A stretch of 60,628 bases of DNA, counting the filler, from Dirinaria sp. TL-2023a (lineage: Eukaryota), in the NCBI GenBank assembly GCA_051941275.1. It is 2 parts of 2 records of this genome, joined end to end, with 100 filler letters (N's around TTAATTAATTAA, not from the genome) between each part and the next. Parts side by side here need not be neighbours in the genome. Positions count along the whole stretch, not along the records: positions 1 to 30,264 come from JAVEBF010000103.1; positions 30,365 to 60,628 come from JAVEBF010000104.1. The stretch is one strand, 5' to 3'. The notes under the pieces were generated by a model. That model was not told where the DNA came from. It ran no database searches and worked only from the letters and a program-made list of their open reading frames with translations. Every line of letters starts with the position of its first letter. Position 1 is the first letter of the stretch. This document shows positions 23,123 to 35,977 of the stretch, piece by piece. Position numbers and translations under genes: made by a program.

Positions 23123-26100
23123 TTACAACGCAGAAACAAGTAGCCTTCGTAACCAGCTTACCACAGGCTCAAGATCTGTCGTATCGCTTTGGAATCCCGC
23201 ATCTTCTAACAGTTCCTTGAATCTCCTTCGACGGGAACCAGCCGACTCGAAGTCTACGACCAGATTATCATCTCCCGGCTCCCTGTCTAGCATCTCCATC
23301 AGGAGATCTCCAGCGCCACGATCCAGTAGCCGGACCAATATGTCACCATTTACATGCCTATGACGGCTGTTATTCAAAGATGGTTCAATCCGTGATTTGT
23401 ATCTTTCTTGATGTGGAGATACATATATATCGCGAAACGGACATGTGACCGGATGACGTTTTGCCATGTTGACGATGAACCTTAGCAAACGCCATGACGG
23501 TTCGTTCAAAAGTTCCATTTGGTAAAGACTACCGTTGGTACTGCATCCTATTACTGGATCTGTGAGTCGCCCGTCGGGCAGCTCTCGCGCCACGCCCGAT
23601 TCGGCTAATCGCTTCAAAGGACGAAGACGAGTTATGGAATTCGGCAAGTCTACTTTGAAGATCGTCGGTAGTGAATTGTTGATTCTGCGGCCCGGTGGAA
23701 TCCAAAGACCTACGATCATGCAGTCCTTCGAAGACGTCAAGATCAGACCTTGCTCCGCGATCTCGAGATGCGCTATACCCTCACGAGCAACTTCATCACT
23801 ATACTGGAAAACGAGCTTCCTCCCGGCAGCTTCTTCATCATCCGGCTCCTCGACTTTGAGAATTGAGAGCGACTCACTGGCAGTAGAGACGTAGATAAAA
23901 GGCGCGTTGACTGAAATATAAGTTCCTCTGGATCGAAGTGAAAAACTGGTTGGAGCAAGCCACCGGCGTGTAGCGGAACCCAGGTCGAGCGTATGCAGGT
24001 GAATAACATTGCCGTAACTGTACACTATGGAACTGGCACCGTAGGGTGCTATAGCAAATACTGGAGCGTTCAAGTCCGTGGACTTTTTGAAGTCCATGAT
24101 AACGAAGTTGTCATCGTTGAGTGAAAGCGAGAAAAACAAAAGTCGGCCTGTCGGTGCTCTATCGTCCACATAATCGATTTTGGTATGGACGACAAGCATG
24201 TGGAATGCATTCTTGCCGTCGGTTGGGAACCATTCCATCATGCCAAGGAACCTCTCTCCTTGTTTACGCTCCTTTATCGTATACACATTGGCAGGTCTTT
24301 CACTTCCTGGTTCCTGAAGCGGGTGGTTGTCTGCTGCTGGAGAACTAGACCTCTCAAGAGATTTATCGGGCTCTAGAAAGGCCAAAAGTGGCTGTATGGT
24401 CCGCTGACGAGGTCGAAAATTCTGCCTCGCACCTTGCGATGGCCGCGTAATCACTGTCCGACTATAAAGCACGATAAGTCTTCCCAGAGTTTCTGAGTGT
24501 ATGACTCGAGACGGCGTTCCATCTAGATTTATATGGCGAGGCACCATTTGAGGCTGCGTGGCTCTGCCAAGGTCCAGCACCCGAAACTCCGCTCCATCAA
24601 CACAGAAAATTTGCTCCGCCACAGAAGCCGAGCTTCCATCAAGAAAGGCAGGGTCTGCTTGGCATATTGCGATAATCTCTCTCTGACAATAGCCCGGATC
24701 ATCGTGATGAGTGATCCAAATCTTGTTGAGTTTTGGAACCGAGCCAATGCTGGGGCCATACTCGAGAGTACAGAAGGTGTCTCCACATGCTAAGATCACT
24801 CTGTGGGGACTTCTGAGGTCTGCAATTACTGACACAGAAGTCCTTCCCACGACAAGGTCACCGAGCGATCGAATCACCCATCGAGACTCGTTCGTGCCTT
24901 CCAGGAGAAGCGTCCGGATAGTACCATCTCGTAGACCACATACGAGTCGTTGAGATTGCGGTATATCAGATATCATTGCGATGGAATGGCAAATAGCAAA
25001 TTCGCCCTGGAAGGAATGGGTGGTCATATTTACGAACGTTGACCCATTCCACGCAAAGACTTTAAGTGAACCTTTGAGCGTACCAATCAAGGCAATAAGA
25101 TTTCCCCGTGTCTCATGTAGAGAAACTAGGGACGGTTCCTCTCCTAGCAGCCATGACGTACCTAGGCTCTCGATCGTGATATCTGAGTCATCTGTACAGA
25201 TCTGGGCCACGCGAATCGTCGGCCCATCATCTAATTTGGCTGCGACAAGCAGGACGGAGCCGAATGTGTCCGATCTCAGAAAAGCTGCCTTCAAGATACT
25301 GTGGGCATCATCCAGTTCTCTCACGAGACGACGCTGATGATTGCCAGGCTGTATTACTCGAATGGTATACGCTGTAATCTGAACCATACACCCATCATGA
25401 GTGGTCCCGGCCGCAAGCGTCTCGGCGTTTAAATATATGTGGGACTCATCGTCGACGTCCTGCATTACATCATCCTCGGAATCTTCTGACTTGTTCTCCA
25501 ACCCAGTGGAAAAGGTGACCGTCTGGGTCGGATACGATACCAAGATCTGTATGCATTTTCCATGGCGATCATGCAGGGCCCATATCCGGTTTACCCCTCG
25601 TCCTGCCGTGTATCCCTCAAACGATATCGACGCCTCGGTACCGTGACGTATTTCTGTGACCGCACCATGGAGAGAGCCTCGCCCAGTACATGCGAAGAGC
25701 CTCTTCTGCGAGCCGAGACGATTCCCCGTTGCTTCAGCATCAAGGGACCTACGATTCTGATGTCGTAGGACATTGACTGCAGCCAAGTCAATTGACGGTG
25801 TCCAATTGCGGATGATCTCTACTGGCGTGGTGTCTGTGTCGCGGGCAGCAAACTTCCACAGGCCACCGTCACTTTCGTCTCCCCCAGCCACTAGGTAGTC
25901 AATGTAAGAGGGCCCAATGTTCAGACTTGCAAAGGCAGTACTGATGTTGAGCCCCAACCGGCCCGCTGCATGACTGCTGTCAATCATACTCTCGACATTG
26001 CTGCTTATCTCCAAGAACCGAACAACGCCATCCTCTCTGCACAGGTATATATTATCTTGCAAGGAAAGATGGTCATTTCTTCGCATCGTCCTCGCCCATT

Positions 26101-27170
26101 GTGTGAATACTGGTTTGGCTCTGGAACTACCTGGCTCCTCGGGCTCTTCGAAATGCCTGAGTTGATGCGGATAGGTCTTTGCGTGACCGGTCAGAATGTC
26201 CGTGTAAGTAACGATGCGGTTCTCAAAAATGAGCATGAATGCAGTGTCCATAGTAAGAGGAATAAGTAGCAGTGGAAGTTGCTGGTCATCGGGTATCCGC
26301 TGAGTACGCCGCTCAGATGCTTGGGACACGTGCGTGGAGCTGTCCCATTCATAGTACCGAATTTTGGTCTGGCTGCGTGTAGAGATGACGAGCAGAAGGA
26401 TGACGTGATGTTGATCATGATTCGAAGAGTGGAGGAACTCCATCTTGAGAATGACTCCATCGACATGGAATCTCTTCTCCTGCTCCGTTCTGTCAGCCCC
26501 GGTTCAACTGTAAGACTTGGTGGATACTCGCTCCTATGATAGGATCCAAAGTTGAGTCATCTGCCATATTGAACTCTTCCTTTAGATCACTCATGCTCTT
26601 GAGTGCGTAGAGGTAGAAGGATCCTTCGTTCGCGGCTACGGCCATTGCTCGTGATTTTGGATCCACGGCGATGTGTTCGCCAAGCTGTTGAGATTGTGAA
26701 GTTTCTCCCGCAGCTGATAGAATCCTGTAGTTTGACTGGAACATGACATTCCCTCGGCTGTCATGAAATGCACAGAGGAACACTAATTTCATCGACTCCA
26801 AAGTAAGCGCCAGTATCTGAGGCGGCAGTTCAGGATTCAGGGAAGCACCAAACCCTGGCTCCGTAGTATTCTCTTGCTTGATGGTGGGATCAAATAATCG
26901 AGGTAACCCAAAGATCCTCGCTGCTCGGATCGGTGAATCGAAATCGTTTTTTACCGCAACATCCAGAATCTCGGGGCTCGGGTGGTGACTGTCACTCCCG
27001 TGCCCGCGAATTTCCTTAATCTCGATACTATTTTGGCGCACGAAAACAACATCATTCCTGGAAGCGTGCCGGATCCGAGCTGGGATGATCAACTTGAGGA
27101 CCGGACTATCCACCAGTGTCCGAGTCAGAAGGCCTAGGGCCGGGGGTTTTGACGTTTCGGTCCCAGCCAT
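23123..27170 (-). CDS. Mms1/DDB1/CPSF160-like multi-beta-propeller protein (exons 27170-26532, 26479-23123)
   Basis: N-terminal GLLTRT..SPV..IIPARIRH..NDVVFV and LGEHIAVDPKSRAMAVAA (MMS1_N-like), with DGVILKMEFL and NWTP motifs and a C-terminal HVNGDILVRLL. About 1330 aa. The intron needs a GC donor. Confidence 0.85.
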
Positions 27171-28228
27171 GAGCCTCTGCAACGAAATTTTCGAATTGTA
27201 ACGAGGTAGTAGCCAATTAGTGATACGCTCAGCGGTGAGCGAGTCCTTACAGCGGTAGAAGTGTAGAAGTGTAGACTTGAATATTTCGACGATAACGCAC
27301 GTTAAACAACCTACGTATTACAGCCTTGCGAAGCGTACACCGTCAGAATTCATCGCTGAGAGATGCAGACAGAGACGAATGGAAGCCGCTGCAAAGCAAC
27401 GCGCAGAGAACGAAGAATTTAGAGATGAGGCTTTTCAGCGTAATTCTATGCCCTACCTTGGCCAAATCGAGGGCGACACAATATCCAACTAGGGAACAGC
27501 AGGAACCCAACAGGATTGCATGGCGTCCTTGGTGTTCGTGGAGATATGCAACGTGATGACGCAGTAGACCATAGAGCAGTGCAGTTGGCAAAAGTAGAAA
27601 TGCTGGTGCATGAGCGTGGGATGTCTATCATCCACCCTTGATCATGCAATGGGCGAATCAAGGTCAAGCCAATAGAGTGATCGCGACCACACCAGTTTAA
27701 CCACTTCGAATCTGATATCGGTCCAAAGTTCGGAGGACGGGGGCACCAAGACACTGGCCGAGGGTATATTAATAATACCGTCGTTACGGGGAGTTCGTGA
27801 TCATGATCGATCGACGCGTATGTATGCTGTGGGCGAATAATGGCTCGGGACCCTCACTAAAGTGATACTACTGCCTGCCAGAGGCTGCGGGCAGGCATAT
27901 CTCGCAGCAATCGAGTCCGATGGAATGGGCCCTAGACATTAGTGGCATACCGGGCCACAGAGTCGGTATCAAGTGGATGGATGTAGATTTTCCACAGCAT
28001 CAGCCGCTGGCATACGCGCATGAAAAGCTGCATCGCCGGGTTCGCGTGCTCCAGCCAACCCCAACTCATCTTTCTGCAAGTGCATCTACCCACATCGTGC
28101 ACCTGGCTTCCTTAATCCTCAAAGTTAGTTTTTGCCGGCCGTTGGCGATACTACTGATAGAAATACGTCAGATATTGCCCCTTTCAAACAAGTTATCGAT
28201 CATATTGCACCCATTTGCGCGTTTCGCC

Positions 28229-29587
28229 ATGATACGACCAGATCATGCTGGCGAAGCGGAGGATGCTGCTTCAACCACGTCAATTAAGGCGCCGAGTGGG
28301 GACAAATCGCACTCTAGACGTTCATTCGACAATTGGAAAAGGAAACCCCTCACACAAGAGGCTTCTACGAAAATGAACCAAATCCTGGCTGCCTGTGGGA
28401 AAGCAGGGCGTGATCTGAGCTCTCTGGTCGCATTGGCCACTACGCCAGGCGGCTTAGTTGATGATGAGGTACGTCGGATAGCCTGTACGTCAATAATGGG
28501 CCGTCAAACATCAATTACTGAGTGGCCTTCCAGGGCCAGTGCTACTGGGCTTCGAACCTGGCGTGCCTGGAGATATCGAAGCAGAAAGACGAACTGCATG
28601 GAGGCGTCTGCCGCGTCACAAAGACGAGGATCAGGTGGAGCTGGACGTAAATAGATCTTTCATTTACTATCCAAAAGGCATGTATCACAGAGCAATAGTC
28701 CTACACAATAACACGCTAATGTTCAAATAGGCGAATCCGAAAATGAGCTTGACCACCGAAAGGAGCAGCTGTCTGCGGTGATCATTGAGGTCCTCCGAGA
28801 ACATCCCATGCTTTGCTACTTTCAAGGTTTTCATGACATTGCGCAGGTGATCCTCTTAGTCCTAGGCGCCGACCAAGCCGCGGAAGGTGTCTCACATCTC
28901 TCACTCCTGCGTATTCGGGACTTTATGCTTCCCTCCATGGCTCCTTCGCTGGCCCACTTACATCTCCTACCCGCGATTCTGTCGGCAGCTGATCCCCAGC
29001 TATGCAAGCACTTGTCCCAGACGCAGCCATTCTTTGCATTAGCGGCAACGCTAACACTGTACGCTCACGAAATCCAGGAATACAGCGACATTGCTCGATT
29101 GCTCGATTTCCTCTTGGCGCACGGTGCGGCGGTCTCGGTCTACTTCTTTGCCGTTATTGTTCTTTCGCGGCGAGACGAGTTGTTCGATATTCCGGCAGAT
29201 GAACCGGAGATGTTGCATTCGGTCCTTTCGAAGCTACCGAAGCCGCTGGATCTAGAAGCGCTGATATCAAAAACCGTGGCCCTCGTCACTCAACATCCTC
29301 CCGAGCACCTACCGTACGGGGCGTGGGCCAAGATCTCTCCCTACAGTGTTCTAAAGACTACAATCGGGCCGATCCGCAGGCAGACGCTTCGGGACGGGGA
29401 GCAAGTCTTTGCGAACCAGGTAATGCAGCTAAGGAGAGCCGAGCTACGTCAGCAAGCCATGAACACAATCTGGGAATACCGGCGCCCTGCCGGCAGTGTT
29501 GGATTGGCCATCTTTGTCGCTCTTCTATCATTTTGGCTGAGGAGGGAGGGTCTCGGAATCTCAGTTTTCGGACAAAAGCAGATCTAG
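28229..29587 (+). CDS. GYP8: TBC-domain Rab GTPase-activating protein, Gyp8/TBC1D20-like (exons 28229-28484, 28534-28677, 28731-29587)
   Basis: GGLVDDEVRRIAWPVLLG, QVELDVNRSF (Arg finger), YFQGFHDI (Gln finger), LLRIRDFM and a C-terminal transmembrane anchor. Confidence 0.9.
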
Positions 29588-30264
29588 ATTCGTCCACTTC
29601 TGCCATCGCCGTCCGCGGCAATCAGCGCGACGGTAGATTGCCAAGAAGCAAAGCCTTAGCGGAAGATTTCTCTCTACTTGGGTCCTAGCAGCAACAAATC
29701 CGGCAATGGCGCAATCCTAGCCGGTCTCGAGCCTCACTGTATGTACATCCAGGTGGGCAGGCCGATCGTTGATTTTCCTGCGGATCGTTAATTTCCCTGC
29801 GGCCCATCGATGCTTGTATATGGTAGAGATCAGGCGACACTGCCTTGGTATCCCACTTTGCCCCTCTTTCTGAGCCCAGACAAACGGTGATAAGAATCGG
29901 GAAGAGTCAAGAGATATGGCCAGTGGTCGCGTCTAGGTACCGGTACATGGACAGATGATTGGTAGCCCTACGTTTCATGTGAATGAAGATTCGCACAGGT
30001 CTGAGCCGCATTAGTCAAGCTGTCAAAAGTGTCAGAGTGGAGGGTTCTATGCGACCGCGGGCGTGTTCAATCTGTCTGTCCTCGTCTTCTCTGTCCCTCC
30101 AAGCCTAAAGTACCTGCTTCTGCCCAGCCCGTTCTTGGCATTACGTAAGGTTTCTGCAGACGTATCCCAATTCGGCAAAATAGCCGAAAATATTCCATCT
30201 CGACACCTCGACACCTCGCTCATACCACGTGCACATCCACACCACAGACCATTGGGAAAACCCC

Positions 30265-30364
30265 NNNNNNNNNNNNNNNNNNNNNNNNNNNNNNNNNNNN
30301 NNNNNNNNTTAATTAATTAANNNNNNNNNNNNNNNNNNNNNNNNNNNNNNNNNNNNNNNNNNNN
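30265..30364. other. Artificial contig-joining spacer (44 N + TTAATTAATTAA + 44 N)
   Basis: Exactly 100 bp and symmetric. The palindromic 12-mer places TAA in all six frames, typical of pseudomolecule or scaffold linkers. Confidence 0.95.
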
Positions 30365-31572
30365 ATATGGGGGGTTTGAATTGGGTTGGTTGGTTGGTTT
30401 GGTTGACTAGTGGGATATCCAAGCCATCCATGCTTGCGAATCAGATGTCGAATATGAAAAATAAAAAATATTGATTATTAATTTGAGGATTCATGTTTAT
30501 TTTCCGTTTTTGATGGAGTTTAAGTGAGAAATGAAGAATGAAGAATGTTGATAAAGAAGAGGTGTGAGAAGAACAATGAGATTGTTTTAATTGACAAGTA
30601 GTTTTCTTTTCAGTAATAATGCGTACGCATCATTTAGATTTATCCCCGTACATTCTTTTCTTATTTCTCCTCATATTTGTATTTAAGATGCTGTAAAATA
30701 AAATAGTATTATTTCTGACACAGCATAGTTGTTATTTAGATTGATTACATCTCTTTTCTCTTTTTCTCGTACTCGCGTTCTTAACGTATATTTTTTAATT
30801 ATCACACCCATGAAAACCGTATTCCCATCTTTCATCATCACATTATATATCACATGATCCCTCTTCTTCATCCCTCAATTTCATTCTCTAAATCCACCCC
30901 CAAATCTCGTTATATAACGTTATTTTCGCGAGGGACTTATTTCTGAGGTATTACTTCATTATATTTTTTTATTTCATTCTTTTATATGGGGTTATGTATA
31001 GTTGATGGTTTGATATATTCAAAATCTCTCTCTCTCTCTCCAGCTGAGAAGGAAATGATCAATCAATGTTGAAGAGTCTGTGAGAGTATTTATTATTATT
31101 TCGTGAAGAAAGAGAGAGGGACAGGAAAATAGATGCGACATTGCGAGAACGAGATAAAAAAGCAGAGATAGAGGATGTGTGTGAAAGGGATAGAAAATTG
31201 AAGATTATATCTGTGACTCGAAACCAGATGAGCGGGAGAGAGAGAGTGTGAGAGATTTGAGGGGAGATTGGAGATCTGAAAATGTGATGGGGAATTGGAA
31301 CGTAATTTGGGGGCTAGGGTAGAGTAGAAAGAGATGTTGTCGAGCAACTATCGTTTCGTGGTAACTCTTGAATCGTCAGGAATGCTTAAATTAATCGTTG
31401 CTTTCTAAATAACGATGGGGGTCTCGTTTAGTTAAAGATATATACTAATTTTACATATACATGCTTTCGGTATCCCAGAAGGTTTCCACTTTCCTGGGAT
31501 TTAGTGAGAAGCGAATTTTTAATATTAAGGTTCAGTGGTGTAGAGCAGGGGCAGCATCCGGGGAGGGGGCGA

Positions 31573-34560
31573 TTATTTCTTGCTAGTGAATTTCTTGCTC
31601 CACCATCTTGAGACTTTGCCGCCCTAACGTTTTGCTTTTATTAGTGATTTGGTTCAAAAATGAGCCTCCTGATGATTATGCGACATGCATGACAGGAGAT
31701 ACACGTAGACAACAGTTTTCGACAGGATAAAAGAGATAAATGACGGATGATTTATACTCACAGCTAACATCAAATAAGTTTCTCCATTATCTGCTTTCGA
31801 ATTGACAGCCAAGTCCAGTGGATCTAAGCCCGCTTTGTTCTTATGCTTCAGGCTCACGCCCTTCTGTACCATATATTTCGCCAGCGCGTAGTACTCCGGC
31901 TGCTCGACGACAGAATGAATGGGCGTATTCCCATCTTTGTCTTCAATCTCCAAGCTCGCCTTGGCGTCTACGAGCATCTGCACCATATCCAGTCTATTAT
32001 TGACAGCGGCGTAGTGTATTGCCGTCTTGTTATCTTTATCTTGAGCATCCACATTCGCGCGCCGCCGGACTAGAGTCTCAATCTTGGCAATGTCGGCGTT
32101 GAGGGAGGCGCTGTGGATGAGTGGTGTTCGGAGATAGTACTGGTTCTTTTCTTCGATGTTTGCGCCCCAGTTTATGAGGATATCGACGCTTTCGGCGTGT
32201 CCGAATTCGGCGGCGTCGTGCAAGAGGTTGTGATTCGAGGGTAGAGGGTCTTGGCCCCATTGCAGGAGAAGCAGTTTCACCGTTTGTGCATTACCGTGAC
32301 TTGCGGCGAGCTTGATAGCTTCGATTGCGGTTGACTCCGAAACTGTGTCGAATTCAGACTCAGAGTCTTCTTCACTCTCCTTTTCAGTGTCTGCTGCTTC
32401 AGAATCATCAGGTGTTGCATTTTCCTCGCTCATTTCTTCTCGAATGGATTCCGTCTTCTCAAGGGTCTCTTCTTGCTCGTCTTCCACAGGATTGACCGTC
32501 TCCCTATAGACGAGCATATTGGGCTGTGCATTCAGCAAACAAGAGACAGTCTCGTCCTGGCCCGTCAAGATAGCCAGGGCTAAAGGAGTCACGCGTATCC
32601 TCGAAGTGCCAAAATTGGGTGCCTCGTTGACCGGATTGTCACTGTCCAGCCCATACTGTACAATCTTGGATATAATATCATCATGCTTCCCTAGCAAGGC
32701 TGCGAGATAAATTGTACGAATGATAGTCTCTTGATCTTTCTCATCGAACTGATCAATCGTATCAGCAACTGGGAAAAGAGACTCTTCCTCTGGCTGTGCT
32801 TCGCCTGAAGCACCCTCTTCTGCAATCTTCGTGAACTTGATCAAAGGGTGGTTTCCGGGACACTTGTTTCCTTTGTCAAGGCATGCCTGGCAGATATCAT
32901 AGTTACCATCATTGCAATTCACACAGTGGTGGAAGACGTCTGGTGATTCCGAGCAAACATCGCAGCCGGCCGTTGCATGCGTAGGCCCATATATCCTGGC
33001 CGCAATCTCTGTCGCAACGTCTTCGGGGATGGCATGGTCTTTTTCAATCTGGGTTCGTGCTCTTTCTAGGAATAAGCGATCTGCGACGCGTTTTCGATAG
33101 AAATTGATTCTGTTGAGGCTTTCTTGAAACTCTTCATCCGGTGCCTTTTCTTTGTCAGAAAACTCCTGAACAAGTCGTACATACATGTCGCGCGTAATCG
33201 GACTTGGGATAGGCGGTTCTTCGGGTTCCTCGGTGGCTGCTTCGGAATCTGCTTCTTCCGGCGCCGCCTCCTCGGCCGCAGCAACCTCGTTGGCCACTTC
33301 AGGGCTGACATCTGGTTTATCAGTCCGAGCTTCAACCGCAGGATCTTGTTGCGAGCGGTCGCCGGAAGCAGGTGGTGAGGCTATGGACGTCGGCGAAACA
33401 CCACCAACCAATGTATCGTTTTCAGACACGGACGGAGCTATACTGACTCTGTCCAGCATAATCGGAAGACCATTCTCATCAAGATTGGGATTGCTGTAAG
33501 CTCCGTACCGTTGCCCGTATCCTGGATAGCCTCGTCCCGGTGGATAGTAATTAGGCTCATAAAAGGAATCTGTTCTGTCTTGAGGAGCATATCGTCTGTA
33601 ATCGTACGCAGCAGGAGGGTAACCTTGAGGTGGAGCTCCCGGGCCCCCATAGCCCTGAAAGTCTCGTGTCTGTGGTATTGAAGGCGTCGAATTATGTCTT
33701 ATCGGGTCCCTCATGGCCGCCGCTCTCAGCAGCGCTTTCACTGCAATGACCACTCTCTTAAAGCCCGTCTCATTAACACTACCGAACCTAGACATGCCTA
33801 GATGATTGGCAGGGAGTGAGTTCCGGGTCTCCTTCGGCAGGTATAGAACGGCAGATTCGTCATCAACAATTTTGCCAATGTTAGGATATTCTCGCTCCTC
33901 CGTGAATGTCGAATATGAAAATCGGTCACTAATACCTGTAAAGGAAGCCTGCAGATTCTCTAGCGTGCTTGAGCCTCTACTCAGGGCATCTATGATCGTG
34001 TCATTATGGTCTTTTCGCAGAACCTTGGCCAAGTTCGTAGCAATGCCGTCCCACTTTGCCTGGTCGCTTCCCTTATGTGGCGTCCCGAGGAATATGATGC
34101 CGACTGTATTCCTGAGTATGTTTGCATAGTCATCATTCTCACTTTGAATATTTTCATGTTCTCGCGCTGTTATCAAAGCTTGCTTGATAACCAACCCTCC
34201 GAGACTGTGCCCCACGAATATTATGGGTCGATCCGGCTCGATACCGTCTTCCTCTGCCCTTTCCCCTGCGAGATCTAGCAAAAAGTTCTCGGCATGCTTC
34301 AAGATCGTGTTTTGGCCTGTTTTGTTGAAGAACCTCATAATGTCGGCATCGTAGTTCCATGTTATGACTCTTGCGGCAGGTATAGCCTTCGGCAGCAGAT
34401 CCCTTGGCCATATTGTGTCCGCTTTTTCCCAAGTCGCCAGACCATTGCCTGTCAAACCGTGCACTAACACAATATCTGCTCGTATGGGTTCTTTGCCTTG
34501 GTACAGCACCCTGATGCTTTCTTCATCTCCCATGCGATTCTCAGTTTCTTGGGACGCCAT
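31573..34560 (-). CDS. SesB/DUF676-like alpha/beta-hydrolase + G/Y/P-rich linker + ZZ zinc finger + ankyrin-repeat protein (exons 34560-31762, 31623-31573)
   Basis: Hydrolase motifs DIVLVHGLTG, WPRDLLP, RPIIFVGHSLGGLVIKQAL and GIIFLGTPHKGS. ZZ pattern CDVC..CVNC..DICQAC..CPGNH. Ankyrin motifs TPLALA, LLHDAAEFGH, TPLIHSA, TAIHYAA and GNTPIH. A GTGAGT...CTAAT...TTAG intron leads to a short last exon GGKVSRWWSKKFTSKK*. Confidence 0.88.
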
Positions 34561-35977
34561 TTTTTGCCGAAGCAGTCAGGCTTCAGGGTACAATTGCTAT
34601 TCCCTGCCTTAAAGCTCCTCCTCCGCTGTTCGGTTTGTACTTTGGGGCAAAAGTGAGAATGGGCAAGGCTCGGATGTCGAGTCAGAGAGGCTCCCGTTAC
34701 TGCAGGGTACGGCTGGTCGGCTGGTATTGGCTAGACTGTGGACCACCTCCGTAGTCTTGAGCAGTTGACGAGGGACAACTTGCATGGGCATTCCATGGAC
34801 TCGAAGGACATCGAGAGGTGGTCGCAGAGCTTGCAGCAGCGTCCCCCATGCAGAGGTGCAAATACTCTAGCCCAGTTGTGCCAAGCGGCATGTTGCAGTG
34901 TGCGGCTGAGATGGCCGCTTTCCTTTCCGTCTCTAGTGGCACGCCTGACACGGCGCCGGCCATGACGATCACTTACAAGATTCCCATCTCCAATTATGCG
35001 GAGGCCGACGAGGGATCTGGTGATTCTCCATATTTTCTGTTCATCCCAACTCCTTGCCAAGAACAGTAGATAGATGAGTATCGACCTTATTCGGAAACGC
35101 TTCCCAAAGCGACCAGCGGCTTCCTTCAAAAATGAGCACGTCGATGTCTGTGATATTCCCTCAAAAACAGACCTAGTTGACCAGTAGACAATTCATAAGT
35201 GATACGCACTTCCCTCATTGACCTCTCAAATAGAACGTACTTGCATACCTTGTGTGTCTCTGCACACGTGAAGCCCGATCCCGTGAGCTGTCTGAGGTTG
35301 GAACGACTTCTAGGTGTAGGTGATATGGGGGAGCCTACGATGAAAAGAAGTTCTCGCGGCCGATGTTGCTGCAGGCTAATAATGCCTTGGCTCGGAAATA
35401 GCATCTGCAGCAGCGTCGTAGTATCATAGGTTTGAGGCTAGGAGGTTGGGACCTCGAAATGGGTCCTCTGGTGAATGAGGAAGGGTTCACTGTATCTACT
35501 AAGGGCGTTCTGGTACTCGTACAAGTCCATACCAAGACAAGGCTAAGAGCAATCATGTGAAAGGCCATTGAACCGGAGAGGGATTGGAAGTATGAGGAGC
35601 AAAAGAATGCATCATTCGCATGAGGAATCTACTTGAAGTATCGAGTCGGTCGCTCAAAGTCTAGAGGGTAAGGTATCTGGTATGAGAGCCACAAGAATTC
35701 TGTGGCTCGGCACCACCATCGGTCCACGCAAGAACTTCGCATCTATGTACCCGTCCACAACATCCACAAGGCCTTCCACGAAAATCCTACACGGCTATTG
35801 TAGCCAGAGGAGTTATCTCGCTAACGGAGTCCCTTAACGCCGGCACAGCTCATAGATAGTACACGCTGGGGTAATCAAGGACATCATGAGAGCACTTGAG
35901 TCGTCCACGCACAACGAGGACACGAGCGGAGAAAGAAGTGGGTATCATCGCGCAATAGGTTAATGCTATACGTTTCC

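Noticed and set aside
27920..28228. N-terminal extension of the GYP8 ORF
   Set aside because: Non-conserved-looking sequence. The ATG at 28229 has a good context (cgccATG) and better fits the family start.
30309..30320. TTAATTAATTAA palindrome as a biological site
   Set aside because: It is centred in a symmetric N-run and encodes stops in all six frames, so it is an assembly linker.
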